IMG/VR virus record: IMGVR_UViG_3300045136_000892
Length of the DNA: 64,000 nt
Source of the DNA: a virus
Reading direction: 5' to 3' (one strand)
The stretch's first letter is position 1. Each line of letters opens with the position of its first letter. The notes under the pieces are model-generated. The model had not been told where the DNA came from. It saw only the letters and a list, made by a program, of their open reading frames with translations, and did no database searches. This document shows positions 32,763 through 42,209 of this stretch, piece after piece. A program made the position numbers and the translations under genes.

Positions 32763-34377
32763 TAACCGTGAATCCCGTGAGGTCATAGCCTGTAATCTCC
32801 CAATACTTATCCTGTTGCTTCACCCGGATGCTGAACGGCTTTCGGAGCACGTCCGAATAGTACAAGGCCGTCTCGATCCGGTCCGGCGGCTCGACGCCGG
32901 ATCGACGCTTCCACCAGCCGATCGCCTTCGCCCTCGCGAAGCCAGGAGGGTGCTGGAGGCAGATCCACTCGCGGTAGGTCTGGAGACCGCATCGATACTC
33001 GACCCTGAGGCTCGGGATCTTCCCTTCCTTCGAATGCTTGTGGTAAGTAACTGAATCCACGCGCACCCACTCCCCGAGCTCGGTCGGCGGCAGTTCGCCC
33101 AGCGACATCACCTCGGCCGAACTGGCGGTAGTGTCGTGCTTGATCCGCTCCGGAGGCGTGAACAGCTTGCCGCAGTCTGCGCATTCCAGCGAGCCGAGCG
33201 GCGAGGCCATGCGGCAATCCGGGCAAATCAGGCAGGTTTTCTCGTGGGTCTCCCGCTTCCCCCGTGTCCCGGCCGTTCGGGGCGGTTTCACGTGGGTAAT
33301 AGGGCCGTGACGTTCGATGTTTCCCGCGTAGTCCAGCACCAGGCAGTTGGCCTTGCCCGGGTGCAGACGCATCCCCCTCCCGAGGATCTGCGTGTAGAGC
33401 CCCGGTGACGTCGTCGGGCGGAGCAGGACCAGCAGGTCGATGTTCGGGGCGTCGAAGCCGGTAGTGAGCACGTTGGCGTTGGTGACGGCCCGCAGCGTCC
33501 CGGCCTTGAACGCCTTGAGGATGGCGTCCCGATCGGCCGGCGGAGTGTCGCCGGTGACGGTGGCGGCCTCCACTCCTCGCAGGCAGAGGGCCTCGGCGAC
33601 GTGTTCCGCGTGATTGACGCCCGAACAGAAGAACAGCCAAGACTTTCGATCACTAGCGAGGGCGAATACCTCGTCCAGAGCGGCGGCGGTCAGGGCCTCC
33701 TTGTCCATGGCCTCTTCGGTCTGTCTTCGGTCGAATTCGCCGCCAACCAAGTCGACCTTGGACAGGTCGGCCTGTATCTCTGAGGGCCGGGTCCTCAGCG
33801 GGCAGATGTGACCGGCCTCCAGCAACTCTGCCAGGCTGATTTCCACGGCGATGTCCGTGAAAAGCCGCTTCTCCCCCTCGTGCAGCAACCCAGTCCTGAG
33901 CCGATAGGCCGTCGCCGTCAGCCCGACGACCTTAAGGCGGCGGTTCGTCTCCTTCAGCCCGTCGATGAACGCCCGGTACATCGAATCGGAATCAGGCGAG
34001 AGCAGGTGGCATTCGTCGATCAGCACCAGATCGCGCCAGCCGAAGACGTGCGGCTTGCGGTACACCGACTGGATGCTGGCGACGGTGATCGGGTCGCGGG
34101 AGGACTTCTTGCCGAGACCGGCGCAGTACAGCCCGGCGGGTGCCTGGGGCCAGAACGAAACGATCTTGCCGAAGTTCTGCTCCAGAAGCTCCTTGACGTG
34201 GCTGAGGACCATGATCCGCTGGTCGGGCCAGGATTCGAGGATCAGCTTGCAGAGCGCCCCGATGATGACGCTCTTGCCGCTGCCAGTCGGGGCGATGATG
34301 AGCGGGTTGCCGGAGTTATGCTCGAAATACTGGAACAGGCCGTCTATGGCGCGCTGCTGATAGTCCCTGAGCTGCAT
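32692..34377 (-). CDS. SF2 DEAD/H helicase (RadD/YejH-like) with a Zn finger
   Basis: LRDYQ, PTGSGKS, DECH, LTAT, TTGFDAP, GRGMR and two CxxC. Confidence 0.9.
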   Translation of the reverse strand: MQLRDYQQRAIDGLFQYFEHNSGNPLIIAPTGSGKSVIIGALCKLILESWPDQRIMVLSHVKELLEQNFGKIVSFWPQAPAGLYCAGLGKKSSRDPITVASIQSVYRKPHVFGWRDLVLIDECHLLSPDSDSMYRAFIDGLKETNRRLKVVGLTATAYRLRTGLLHEGEKRLFTDIAVEISLAELLEAGHICPLRTRPSEIQADLSKVDLVGGEFDRRQTEEAMDKEALTAAALDEVFALASDRKSWLFFCSGVNHAEHVAEALCLRGVEAATVTGDTPPADRDAILKAFKAGTLRAVTNANVLTTGFDAPNIDLLVLLRPTTSPGLYTQILGRGMRLHPGKANCLVLDYAGNIERHGPITHVKPPRTAGTRGKRETHEKTCLICPDCRMASPLGSLECADCGKLFTPPERIKHDTTASSAEVMSLGELPPTELGEWVRVDSVTYHKHSKEGKIPSLRVEYRCGLQTYREWICLQHPPGFARAKAIGWWKRRSGVEPPDRIETALYYSDVLRKPFSIRVKQQDKYWEITGYDLTGFTVNGPEAEAGTAASAEEFIDFSRTY

Positions 34378-34378
34378 A

Positions 34379-34615
34379 CTACATGGATTCGCGAAGCTGG
34401 ATGGTTACCGTATACTGCTTGCCGTTTTCCTTGTTGCGGAACGACTTCTCCCACTGCATTGAATCGGCCGTTGCGAGCTGAGCATAGGCGTTGATCATTT
34501 GCAGCATGAACAGTTTGATGTCCGGCTTGTCCGTGGTCGTCGGCTTGACCGGAGCCGCAGCCTTCTCGTCCAAGCCGAAGAGCTTGTCGAAGAACTCCTG
34601 TGTCCTCCTATCCAT
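34379..34615 (-). CDS. Hypothetical protein
   Basis: GGAGG RBS; packed operon. Confidence 0.5.
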   Translation of the reverse strand: MDRRTQEFFDKLFGLDEKAAAPVKPTTTDKPDIKLFMLQMINAYAQLATADSMQWEKSFRNKENGKQYTVTIQLRESM

Positions 34616-35336
34616 GGCATACCTCCCTGAAATCACACATCTTGCATTTATAGTGTTCGGGCTTCTCCGACATGCGAGCTGGGGCCTCGCTGGCGGATAG
34701 AATCCGCTTGGCCTTGGCTAGCAGGGCCTTGGCCATGGTCGGGTTCGCCTCCGTCCGACAGGCGTCGTGGTCCCGGCCGCCCGGCGTGCAAACGGTCAGG
34801 TAGTGGCGTGTCAGGTCGAGCAGTTCCATGTACACGACTGCCTGGGCGTAATAGACCGGGTCCCAGGCCTGGAGCGTGAGCTTCTCGCCGAGCGAGGCCT
34901 TTAGCTTGCGGAATTCGTCGTACTTCTTCTGACCGACCTGCTTGTGCTCCCAGACATGCGGCGTCTGCGGGGCCTGAAGCAACCCGAGGATGACCCCGTC
35001 CACGTGCCAGCCGAACCGGTCGTCGTACAGCGTGCCGCCGATCTGGCCGCCGGTCGCGTCGTCCACCGTCCACAGCTCGACGCCCGGCACCATCCGCAGC
35101 CGCTCGGCCATGAGCGCCTCGCCACGGTGGCCATCCTCGAAACGCTTGAGGCTGGCGGAGTCGAAGGGCTTGCGGGGAATATCCGGCCTGATCGAGTACC
35201 AGAGCTTCCGCTCGCAGGCATCGCCGATGGCCGAGGCCCCGAGGTAGGAGCGGCGCGGTTCCAGTGCCGCACGCCGCTCCAACTCTCGGTCGATCGCCGC
35301 GAGCGTGGGGTCAACCACTTCGGGGATCAGGGCCAC
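34608..35336 (-). CDS. Cas4-like PD-(D/E)XK exonuclease
   Basis: GASAIG.ACERKLWY, HVDG, WEHK, Q..VYM and CKMC...C. Confidence 0.85.
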   Translation of the reverse strand: MALIPEVVDPTLAAIDRELERRAALEPRRSYLGASAIGDACERKLWYSIRPDIPRKPFDSASLKRFEDGHRGEALMAERLRMVPGVELWTVDDATGGQIGGTLYDDRFGWHVDGVILGLLQAPQTPHVWEHKQVGQKKYDEFRKLKASLGEKLTLQAWDPVYYAQAVVYMELLDLTRHYLTVCTPGGRDHDACRTEANPTMAKALLAKAKRILSASEAPARMSEKPEHYKCKMCDFREVCHG

Positions 35337-35339
35337 AGG

Positions 35340-35855
35340 CTATTTCCGCGCCCAGGCGGGTGCCGCCTTCGCGGCCGCCGGTGCGGCAGACCCAGTCGCT
35401 GAGACAGCACCCGACGAGGATTCCCCGCCCACAGCCTCAAAGCCCTTGATGACGTTGCGGGGGTTGTAGCCCTCCTTCCGCTCCACATCGACCTTGATCA
35501 TCAGCGGCTTGTTGTGCAACTCACTGGAGTCCTTGACTTTCAGCTTGCCGACCGCGTGGCAGACCGCCGAAAGCTCACGCTGGCCGATCTCCTGGGCCTG
35601 CGGGTTCGTGTTGACGATGTTGAGGTTCGCGAAGATCAGGGCGTCCTTGTGGTCACCCTCGATGACTCGGAAGCTGAGGGTAAGAAGGCGGTCGTGGGCC
35701 TCCGGACCGTTGTATTGAATCGCCTCCTGAGCCTTCTTCGTCGGTTTCACGTCGCTGGCCTCGATGATAGCCTTGTACCAGCCGGGGGGGACCACTTCGC
35801 GGGGTTTGGAGGGTTCTACCTGAGAAGCGTCAAATTCAGCACCTAAGTAAGCCAT
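35340..35855 (-). CDS. DUF669 family putative ssDNA-binding protein
   Basis: FDASQVEP, PPGWY, CHAVG and LHNKP motifs; ends PAWARK. Confidence 0.85.
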   Translation of the reverse strand: MAYLGAEFDASQVEPSKPREVVPPGWYKAIIEASDVKPTKKAQEAIQYNGPEAHDRLLTLSFRVIEGDHKDALIFANLNIVNTNPQAQEIGQRELSAVCHAVGKLKVKDSSELHNKPLMIKVDVERKEGYNPRNVIKGFEAVGGESSSGAVSATGSAAPAAAKAAPAWARK

Positions 35856-35939
35856 AAGTTCTTCCTTTCGTAAGTTGATCGATGGGTTGTTGGCTGTAGC
35901 GGGGAGCCACCCCAATGGTCGCGGTCAGGCGGCCATGTC

Positions 35940-36725
35940 TTAAGCGGCCTCCACGCCTGCCTCGGACGTTTGAGGCTCAGAGAGGGCGCCGGTTAACGCC
36001 TCGTTGAACGCAGCCCACGAGAACGGCAGCTCCGGCGGGAGGCCGTAGCGGTTGCCGGCCATGAAGGCGGGGCTCTCGACGGTATGCAGCACCCGGTCGC
36101 CCGCGCGGCCCTTCGTGACCTTCTTCTTGAAGCCCACGTCCTTCGCGTCGATGTAGACGTCCTGATTGGCGAACAGGAGGCAGTCCGACCACTCGGTGAG
36201 GATCGCGGCCGACTTCGCGTGCAGCTTCAGCATGTGCCGATCGTAGGAGTCGGTGAGTGGGTTGTCGTAGCGCTTCACCTGGTCGTGAGCGATCAGCAGC
36301 ACGGCCATGCCCTTGTCGTTCCGCAGGGCCGTCAGTCCGTCGAAGAGCTGCTTCCAGAGATTCACGGCAGCCACATACCCCGCCCCGTAGCCGATGTCCT
36401 CGATGGACTTCTTCCCGGCCTCGGCGGCCACCTGCTGGAAGATCAGGGCCTCGAGCCAGTCGGCCGAGTCGATGACGACTGTGGAGAACGGGTGGTCTTG
36501 TGTGTAGAGGGCCTCGACTGCAGCAATCACATCGCCGTAGGACGTCAGTTTGTCCTTCTGTACGCGGGCCACGTTGAGCGCCCCGGAGCCACCCTCGATG
36601 TCGAGGATGATGGCGCCTTCGATGTCGGCGGCGAAGGTCGTCTTGCCAATCTTCGGAGGCCCATACAGCACAAGCCGGGGCGGCAGAATAACGCGGGAAG
36701 GTTTAATTTCGGAGAGGTTTAGCAT
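35940..36725 (-). CDS. AAA_24/Sak4-like ATPase recombinase
   Basis: YGPPKIGKT, IDSADWLE, GYGAGY, LIAH and GNRYGLP. Confidence 0.88.
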   Translation of the reverse strand: MLNLSEIKPSRVILPPRLVLYGPPKIGKTTFAADIEGAIILDIEGGSGALNVARVQKDKLTSYGDVIAAVEALYTQDHPFSTVVIDSADWLEALIFQQVAAEAGKKSIEDIGYGAGYVAAVNLWKQLFDGLTALRNDKGMAVLLIAHDQVKRYDNPLTDSYDRHMLKLHAKSAAILTEWSDCLLFANQDVYIDAKDVGFKKKVTKGRAGDRVLHTVESPAFMAGNRYGLPPELPFSWAAFNEALTGALSEPQTSEAGVEAA

Positions 36726-36753
36726 TTCGGTTGTCCTTTCATATTCCTGGGAG

Positions 36754-37149
36754 TTAAGCCGCATCTTTCACACTGAAGGCAGGCTTCTTCGGCTTCAGCG
36801 TAAGGGCGGGCTGGATCTTCTTGTAAGCCTCCGGCAAATTGTCGCGCAGATAGCTGATGGCCTTGCCGTCGGGCTTCCAGACGCCGGTGAACGGGAACGG
36901 CACCGAGGCGTCCCAGTCCTGATAAGCGGCGTTGAGTTGCTCCTGCGACCATTCCTCGCTGAACCCCGTGGCGATCTTCATGCCGGAAGGTAGCGTGTGC
37001 GTGCCTTTCTCGGGCAGCTCTGCCTCAACCAGTTCATAGATTTGGGATTCGATAGCGATACGGCGGGCATTGGCTTCGGCTTCTTGCTGCTTTGCCTCTT
37101 TCCATGCCTGAGTGAGGAGTGCTAACTTCTGGTTGGCGTCTTGGTGCAT
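36754..37149 (-). CDS. Phage hypothetical protein of the recombination module
   Basis: W.EAK..E..A...R coiled coil; KP.KP C-terminus. Confidence 0.65.
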   Translation of the reverse strand: MHQDANQKLALLTQAWKEAKQQEAEANARRIAIESQIYELVEAELPEKGTHTLPSGMKIATGFSEEWSQEQLNAAYQDWDASVPFPFTGVWKPDGKAISYLRDNLPEAYKKIQPALTLKPKKPAFSVKDAA

Positions 37150-37250
37150 AATGGCTCCGTAAGTTCGTTGTTGCATAATTTGGTAATTCGTAGTAAGCAG
37201 GACATTAAATGCGATGTTTTGCAATGTCAAGCGATATTATGCGAGGTGCT

Positions 37251-37460
37251 ATGGAGCTATGGAACGCTAAGCAGACAGCCAAGTTTCTCGGACTGACCTA
37301 CTCACAGCTATGGAGAATCATTGCTGAGGGGCTGCCCCATCCGCCCTATATCGTGGTTGGCGCGCGCAAGCGCTTCGTCCGCTCCGAAGTTGAGCGATGG
37401 GTGCTTGAGAACCAGGTCACCAGCCCTGCGTCCAACTCCGACGGCGGTACCGCAGCATGA
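37251..37460 (+). CDS. AlpA/excisionase-like HTH regulator
   Basis: AKFLGLT...PP...GARKRF..SEV..W; coupled to the primase. Confidence 0.75.
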   Translation: MELWNAKQTAKFLGLTYSQLWRIIAEGLPHPPYIVVGARKRFVRSEVERWVLENQVTSPASNSDGGTAA

Positions 37461-39634
37461 CCCGTAGCCCCTTTCAGGCCGCAGCACCCGGGCTACGCGC
37501 GCAGGGCTATTCCGTCATCCCTCTGGCGCCGACACAGAAATATCCGACGATCGAGCGTTGGAGCGAGTACTGCTCTCGCCTACCGACCGACGAGGAGCAC
37601 GTCCGCTGGATGGGCTGGGTGGCCTCGAACATAGGCCTTTGCCTGGGAGCGGCTTCCGGCGTCATGGCCCTCGACTTCGACGACGACGTCGACGGGCTGC
37701 ATGCCTCGATTCTGACGGTGATCCCCGATTCGCCGGTCAAGAAGCGCGGGGCCAAGGGCTTCACTGCGTTCTACCGCTACTCCGGCCAGCGGAGCCAGGG
37801 CTACAGCGTCCGCGGCACCCGCGTGCTTGACGTGCTCTCCGACGGGAGGCAGACCGTGCTCCCGCCTTCCCTGCATCCCTCCGGAGGGGCCTACGAGTGG
37901 GTGACGCCCGTGAACCTGAGCATGGTCCGGCCCGACTACCTGCCCGAGATCTCCGCCAGCACCATGCAGATCATCTCCTCGCTGTTCCGACCGGAGCCGG
38001 CACGGGCTGCCCCACGCCAGACCTTCCACGACCCGTATCGCGAGACCGAACTGGCGGACATCGCCGAAGCCCTTCGCTGCATCCCGGCCGACGATTATGA
38101 CGTCTGGATCCGGATGGGCATGGCCCTCCGGCAGCATCTGGGGGACCGCGGCATGGCCCTGTGGGACCAGTGGTCGGCGACAAGCCCGAAATACGACGCC
38201 CGCGAGATCCCGAAGCGGTGGCGGAGCTTCAACCGCTCGGACATCACGATCGCCAGCCTGTTCTACACGGCGATGGACCACGGTTACATCCCCCCGAGGC
38301 GGGGCCACGATCGTCCGGCCGCCCCGTCGGTCACCATTGAGGAGGGCGGCAACCTCCGCCCTTTCGCCATCGGCCGCGTGAGCTATACCCCCGATCACGC
38401 GGCCATTCTGAACCCTCCGGGCCTGGTCGGTAAGATTGCCCGCTGGATCAACGAGACGAGTATCTATCCGCAGCCGATGCTGGCCGTGGCGGCGGCGATC
38501 ACCGCCGCCGGGGCGGTCATGAGCCACAAGGTCCAGTCTCCGACGCGCTTACGGACAAATTTCTACACGATGGGGCTGGCGCCCAGCGGTGCGGGCAAGG
38601 ACCACGCCCGAGACTGCGTGACGACTCTCCTGTGCCGGGCAGGCCTTGAGGGGCTGATCGGCGGCACCCCGGCGAGCGGGGCCGGTCTTCTGACGGCGCT
38701 CCGGGAGGGGGGCGGGAGGTGCCTGGTGCTCTGGGACGAGTTCGGGCGCGTGCTGAAGAACCTGACCCACAAGAACGCCGGCAGCCACCAGCGGGACATC
38801 CTGACTTACCTGATCGAGCTGTTCAGCTCCTCGAAGAGCATGTACGCCGGGGTCCAGTACGCCAACCACGACGGCAAGATGAAGCGCACGCCCATCGACC
38901 AGCCCTGCCTGTCGGTCTACGCGACGACCGTTCCCGAGCGGTTCTTCCAGACGCTGACCTCGGACGACGCTATCGACGGCTTCCTGGCCCGCTGGCTCGT
39001 CCTGGAGAGCAAGGAGTACACCCTCAAGCCGGCCAGGCCCACGGGCGACGTCAACGACCCACCGGAGGAGGTCCTGGCCGAACTGCGGCGATGGAAGGAC
39101 GCCCCGAGCAACTACGACCCGCGTGGCAATGTGGACGGGGTGCTCCGGATAAGCCCGATGGTGGTCAGCTACTCGGAGGAGGCCGAGAAGATCATTGGTT
39201 CCTACAGCGAGGCCATGCGGCGCCGGGCCGCCGAGGAGTCGGCGGCGCGCAGCGGCCTGTCGGCCATCTACGCCCGCTCGGCCGAGCACGCCATCAAGCT
39301 GGCCCTGGTCGCCCACGAGGGCGACACGATCGAGGCGGTGGCCATGAGCTGGGGGATCGCCCTGGCCGACCACTGCGCGGCCTACATGGCCGAAGCGGTG
39401 AAGACCAACGTGGCGGAGAGCGACCACGAGCGAAACCTGAACAGGGTCCTGCAGGTCATCCGGGACGGAAAGGGCAACTGGGTGGACAACCGCACGCTGC
39501 TCCTGCGGACCCGCAACCTCAAGTTCAGGGAACGCAACGAGATCATCGCCGACCTGGTCGAGTCGGGTGACGTCGAGCGGGAGGAGGTCGACGGCAAGAC
39601 CAAGCACTCCTACCGCTACCGGGCATTGCGGTAG
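37457..39634 (+). CDS. Primase-polymerase (Prim-Pol + PriCT-2 + DUF3987-type P-loop)
   Basis: NIGL...ALDFD, QTVLPPSLHP, YDVWIRMGMAL...WSATSPKY, APSGAGKD and DEFG. Confidence 0.9.
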   Translation: MTRSPFQAAAPGLRAQGYSVIPLAPTQKYPTIERWSEYCSRLPTDEEHVRWMGWVASNIGLCLGAASGVMALDFDDDVDGLHASILTVIPDSPVKKRGAKGFTAFYRYSGQRSQGYSVRGTRVLDVLSDGRQTVLPPSLHPSGGAYEWVTPVNLSMVRPDYLPEISASTMQIISSLFRPEPARAAPRQTFHDPYRETELADIAEALRCIPADDYDVWIRMGMALRQHLGDRGMALWDQWSATSPKYDAREIPKRWRSFNRSDITIASLFYTAMDHGYIPPRRGHDRPAAPSVTIEEGGNLRPFAIGRVSYTPDHAAILNPPGLVGKIARWINETSIYPQPMLAVAAAITAAGAVMSHKVQSPTRLRTNFYTMGLAPSGAGKDHARDCVTTLLCRAGLEGLIGGTPASGAGLLTALREGGGRCLVLWDEFGRVLKNLTHKNAGSHQRDILTYLIELFSSSKSMYAGVQYANHDGKMKRTPIDQPCLSVYATTVPERFFQTLTSDDAIDGFLARWLVLESKEYTLKPARPTGDVNDPPEEVLAELRRWKDAPSNYDPRGNVDGVLRISPMVVSYSEEAEKIIGSYSEAMRRRAAEESAARSGLSAIYARSAEHAIKLALVAHEGDTIEAVAMSWGIALADHCAAYMAEAVKTNVAESDHERNLNRVLQVIRDGKGNWVDNRTLLLRTRNLKFRERNEIIADLVESGDVEREEVDGKTKHSYRYRALR

Positions 39635-39637
39635 CGA

Positions 39638-40027
39638 CTACGGCTCGTCCTCGCCCATCTGCCGGAGCGTCTCCCTCAACCTTTGTATGGCTCGCCACAA
39701 CAGACTCCTCACCGACTGTTCGTGTCGACCGAGATATTGTGCGATGTCTTGAATCGAACGACCTTCCCAGTACCGCAAAAAGATGACGCGCTGTGTTTCG
39801 GAGCGAAGAGGGGGGCTCATCTGCGCGAACGCAGTCTCGAAGAGGTGGGTCAGCGCCTCCCGCTCCCACCATGGCAGCCTCTCCTCGCCCGCCGGCCTCT
39901 TCATCGTCAAGATGAGCCGGGTCCTGGGCGGCAGGGGCCGGAGCCCGAAGGTGATCGAGGCCAGCATCGTCGAGGTCCGAACCAAGCCGCGTGCGGAGGA
40001 CGAATCCGAGGTCTCCCCGGCCGTCAA
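39638..40027 (-). CDS. Sigma70 region-4 domain protein (start uncertain)
   Basis: QRVIFLRYWEGRSIQDIAQYLGR...VRSLLWRAIQRLR. Confidence 0.65.
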   Translation of the reverse strand: MTAGETSDSSSARGLVRTSTMLASITFGLRPLPPRTRLILTMKRPAGEERLPWWEREALTHLFETAFAQMSPPLRSETQRVIFLRYWEGRSIQDIAQYLGRHEQSVRSLLWRAIQRLRETLRQMGEDEP

Positions 40028-40083
40028 TCGGTCTGGCCGGTCAAGGGCCTGACGAGAGCCGGACGATCAGCGAGGCAGAACGG

Positions 40084-40115
40084 GGCCGCCCTTCGTGGGC
40101 GGCCTTGTTCTTTTT
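40084..40115 (+). terminator. Intrinsic terminator
   Basis: GGCCGCCC-TTCGT-GGGCGGCC-TTGTTCTTTTT. Confidence 0.7.
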
Positions 40116-40138
40116 GAGCCCGATCTCGTCCTGCGAGG

Positions 40139-40423
40139 ATAAATCGCAAATGTTGCAATTAATCGCACCCTGTTCTGCGATTTATTGGACAGGGCCGACC
40201 CTCTGAATTTTCTCAATATCATTATTATGTTTAATATATAAAATAAATAAATCACATAAATCACATTCCTGCTTCGGTTCCATATTAACCATTAGGGTGG
40301 TATTAGGGGGAAGCAATTGCGATTTATTCGGCCTTCGGAGCCGGCTGTGCATCATTCCCCTTCTGTTTCAATGACATACAGGCAGCAGATAAATCGCAGC
40401 GACTTATTTGGGATGCGATTTAT
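40139..40423. repeat. Iteron-like ATAAATCGCA repeats around an AT-rich core (candidate ori)
   Basis: About nine copies or variants in both orientations. Confidence 0.65.
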
Positions 40424-40535
40424 TCAGATGGGGCCCTTCGGTGCGGGCATGTACCGCCATAAATCCTCCGTAAAGAACGGCTTGCGCCCCACCACATCCT
40501 GTGGCAGACTGCCCAAAACCAGCTAGGGGTGGGGT

Positions 40536-41102
40536 ATGCAGGAGCCGGACATCGAGCAGGACGTCGTCACCGATCAGTGGCTCGCGCAGCATGGCATCCG
40601 CATCCCCCGTGCGGCCGGCGTCTTCCAGTCCGAATCCGCCTGGGTGAAGGTGAGCTCGGCGGGTAAGATCATCGCCGCGGGCGAGCGCGACCAGACGGTC
40701 CTCGCCTGGCTGGTGGAAAACGAGACGCTCAGCAGCGCCGACGTCGACTACGGCATCGCCTACGTCACCTGCCGGTCCGCCGAGCGGGCCTACCGGCGGC
40801 AGATGGGCTACAAGTCCAGCCTCGACCTCTCCGTCCTGGCAGGCGGCTCGGGGCTCTCCTGCGAGCAGGCCGCCAAGGTCTTCTGCCTCACCCGCAACGC
40901 CATCGGCCGGGAGAACGTCGCCATCATCGAGTACGCCTGCGACACGATCCGAAGCCCGGACATGCCCGCCAATCACAAGCCCAACTATCGCCGGGCGTTC
41001 TCAGCGCTCGCGAGGGCCTTCGACCAGGCAGTGAAGGACGTGCAGGAGGATCGCGTGAGCGACGAGCCGCAGATTCCGCTTGCAGACAGGATCAACATGT
41101 GA
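40536..41102 (+). CDS. Hypothetical protein, putative late regulator
   Basis: Lies just before the late promoter/terminator and terS. Confidence 0.55.
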   Translation: MQEPDIEQDVVTDQWLAQHGIRIPRAAGVFQSESAWVKVSSAGKIIAAGERDQTVLAWLVENETLSSADVDYGIAYVTCRSAERAYRRQMGYKSSLDLSVLAGGSGLSCEQAAKVFCLTRNAIGRENVAIIEYACDTIRSPDMPANHKPNYRRAFSALARAFDQAVKDVQEDRVSDEPQIPLADRINM

Positions 41103-41146
41103 TATTCGTAGAATTAGAAAGGCCACCAGTGTGTCCAGATTTTACC

Positions 41147-41174
41147 GCCCGCGCATAGCGGGCTTTTTAGTTTT
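41147..41174 (+). terminator. Terminator in the late leader
   Basis: GCCCGC-GCATA-GCGGGC-TTTTTAGTTTT. Confidence 0.6.
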
Positions 41175-41621
41175 ATGGCCCGGAAATCCAGCTACAGCAC
41201 CAAGATTGCTCAGGAAATCTGCGATCAGATCGCGGGCGGCAAGAGCCTTGTCCGTGTCTGCAAGCAGAAGAAGCTGACCTACAGCACGGTGATGCGATGG
41301 CTAGAGCAATACGAGGATTTCCGCGAGAAGTACGCGCAGGCGCGGGAACTCCAGGCCGATTACCTCGCGGACGAACTGGTCGATATCGCCGATAACGAGA
41401 AGCTTCACCCGGAAGCCCGGCGCATCCGCGTGGACGCCCGCAAGTGGAAGGCGGCCAAGCTCCGGCCGAAGAAATACGGCGACAAGATTCAGCAGGAACT
41501 CACGGGCCCGGACGGCAAGCCGCTTCCTGCGGCCCAGCAGAACACCGTCATCCTGGCCGACCTTCAGGGCAAGTCGCTCGACGAGCTGACCATGCTGTTC
41601 ACCGAGAAGATGAAGGGCTAG
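41175..41621 (+). CDS. terS: Terminase small subunit
   Basis: IC..IA.GKSL, TV.RWL, YAQARE and DARKW.AAKL.PKKYG. Confidence 0.9.
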   Translation: MARKSSYSTKIAQEICDQIAGGKSLVRVCKQKKLTYSTVMRWLEQYEDFREKYAQARELQADYLADELVDIADNEKLHPEARRIRVDARKWKAAKLRPKKYGDKIQQELTGPDGKPLPAAQQNTVILADLQGKSLDELTMLFTEKMKG

Positions 41622-41794
41622 CGCCCGAAGATCTCAATCGCTGCCGTGATCGTTCCGGAAGCCATGACCCACCCAAACCAAAGGAGGATGGCGGCGGGGA
41701 AAAGCAATAGGCAGCCGACGGAGAATTGCACGACGCCAAGTCCGAGGGTGAATACGAAGTTTACTCCTTCGGCGAGTCTGCTTGACTTCGGCAT
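41618..41794 (-). CDS. 58-aa membrane protein (absent from the ORF track)
   Basis: MPKSSRLAEGVNFVFTLGLGVVQFSVGCLLLFPAAILLWFGWVMASG...; AAGGA RBS. Confidence 0.6.
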   Translation of the reverse strand: MPKSSRLAEGVNFVFTLGLGVVQFSVGCLLLFPAAILLWFGWVMASGTITAAIEIFGR

Positions 41795-41797
41795 AGT

Positions 41798-41977
41798 CTA
41801 TTCCTTTCTGTTGCGTTCGGCATCCAGCATCAGTAGCAGGGCTGCTACAGCCGGATGAATCGGGTTTTCCTTGCCCCACGCCGCGATAGTGCGACGCGGG
41901 GTTTTCAGTTGGCGCGCGGCCTCGGTCTGGGAGCCGAACAGCCTGTTGAGCAGTGCGACGAGTTGTTTGCGGGTCAT
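41798..41977 (-). CDS. 59-aa Cro-like HTH protein (absent from the ORF track)
   Basis: FGSQTEAARQLKTPRRTIAAWG; ATGA overlap. Confidence 0.7.
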   Translation of the reverse strand: MTRKQLVALLNRLFGSQTEAARQLKTPRRTIAAWGKENPIHPAVAALLLMLDAERNRKE

Positions 41978-42153
41978 GCCGCGAGGCTCTGCTGTTCGAC
42001 TTCAACCGAGTAGCCGAGCTTGCGAATGTAGTTCAGGTCACGCTGGGTAAGAGTCTTCTGACCAATCATGGCAGCGAAGTTCTGGGCCGCTTCACACACG
42101 GGGTAGATGGCTTCGTTGCCGTATACCTGGCGGATTTTGACGGTGATCTTCAT
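41974..42153 (-). CDS. Small phage early-type protein
   Basis: VYGNEAIYPVCE.A..FA...G.KTLT...LGY; GAGG RBS. Confidence 0.7.
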   Translation of the reverse strand: MKITVKIRQVYGNEAIYPVCEAAQNFAAMIGQKTLTQRDLNYIRKLGYSVEVEQQSLAA

Positions 42154-42209
42154 GGTTCGATTCCTCTCTGTTTCCGGCGGCATCATCGCCGCTCATGAAC
42201 CTGACCATT

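Noticed and set aside
34608-35336. Cas4-like nuclease as evidence of a CRISPR system
   Set aside because: No repeat-spacer array or other cas genes were seen; it lies in a standard Sak4-SSB-exonuclease-helicase phage module
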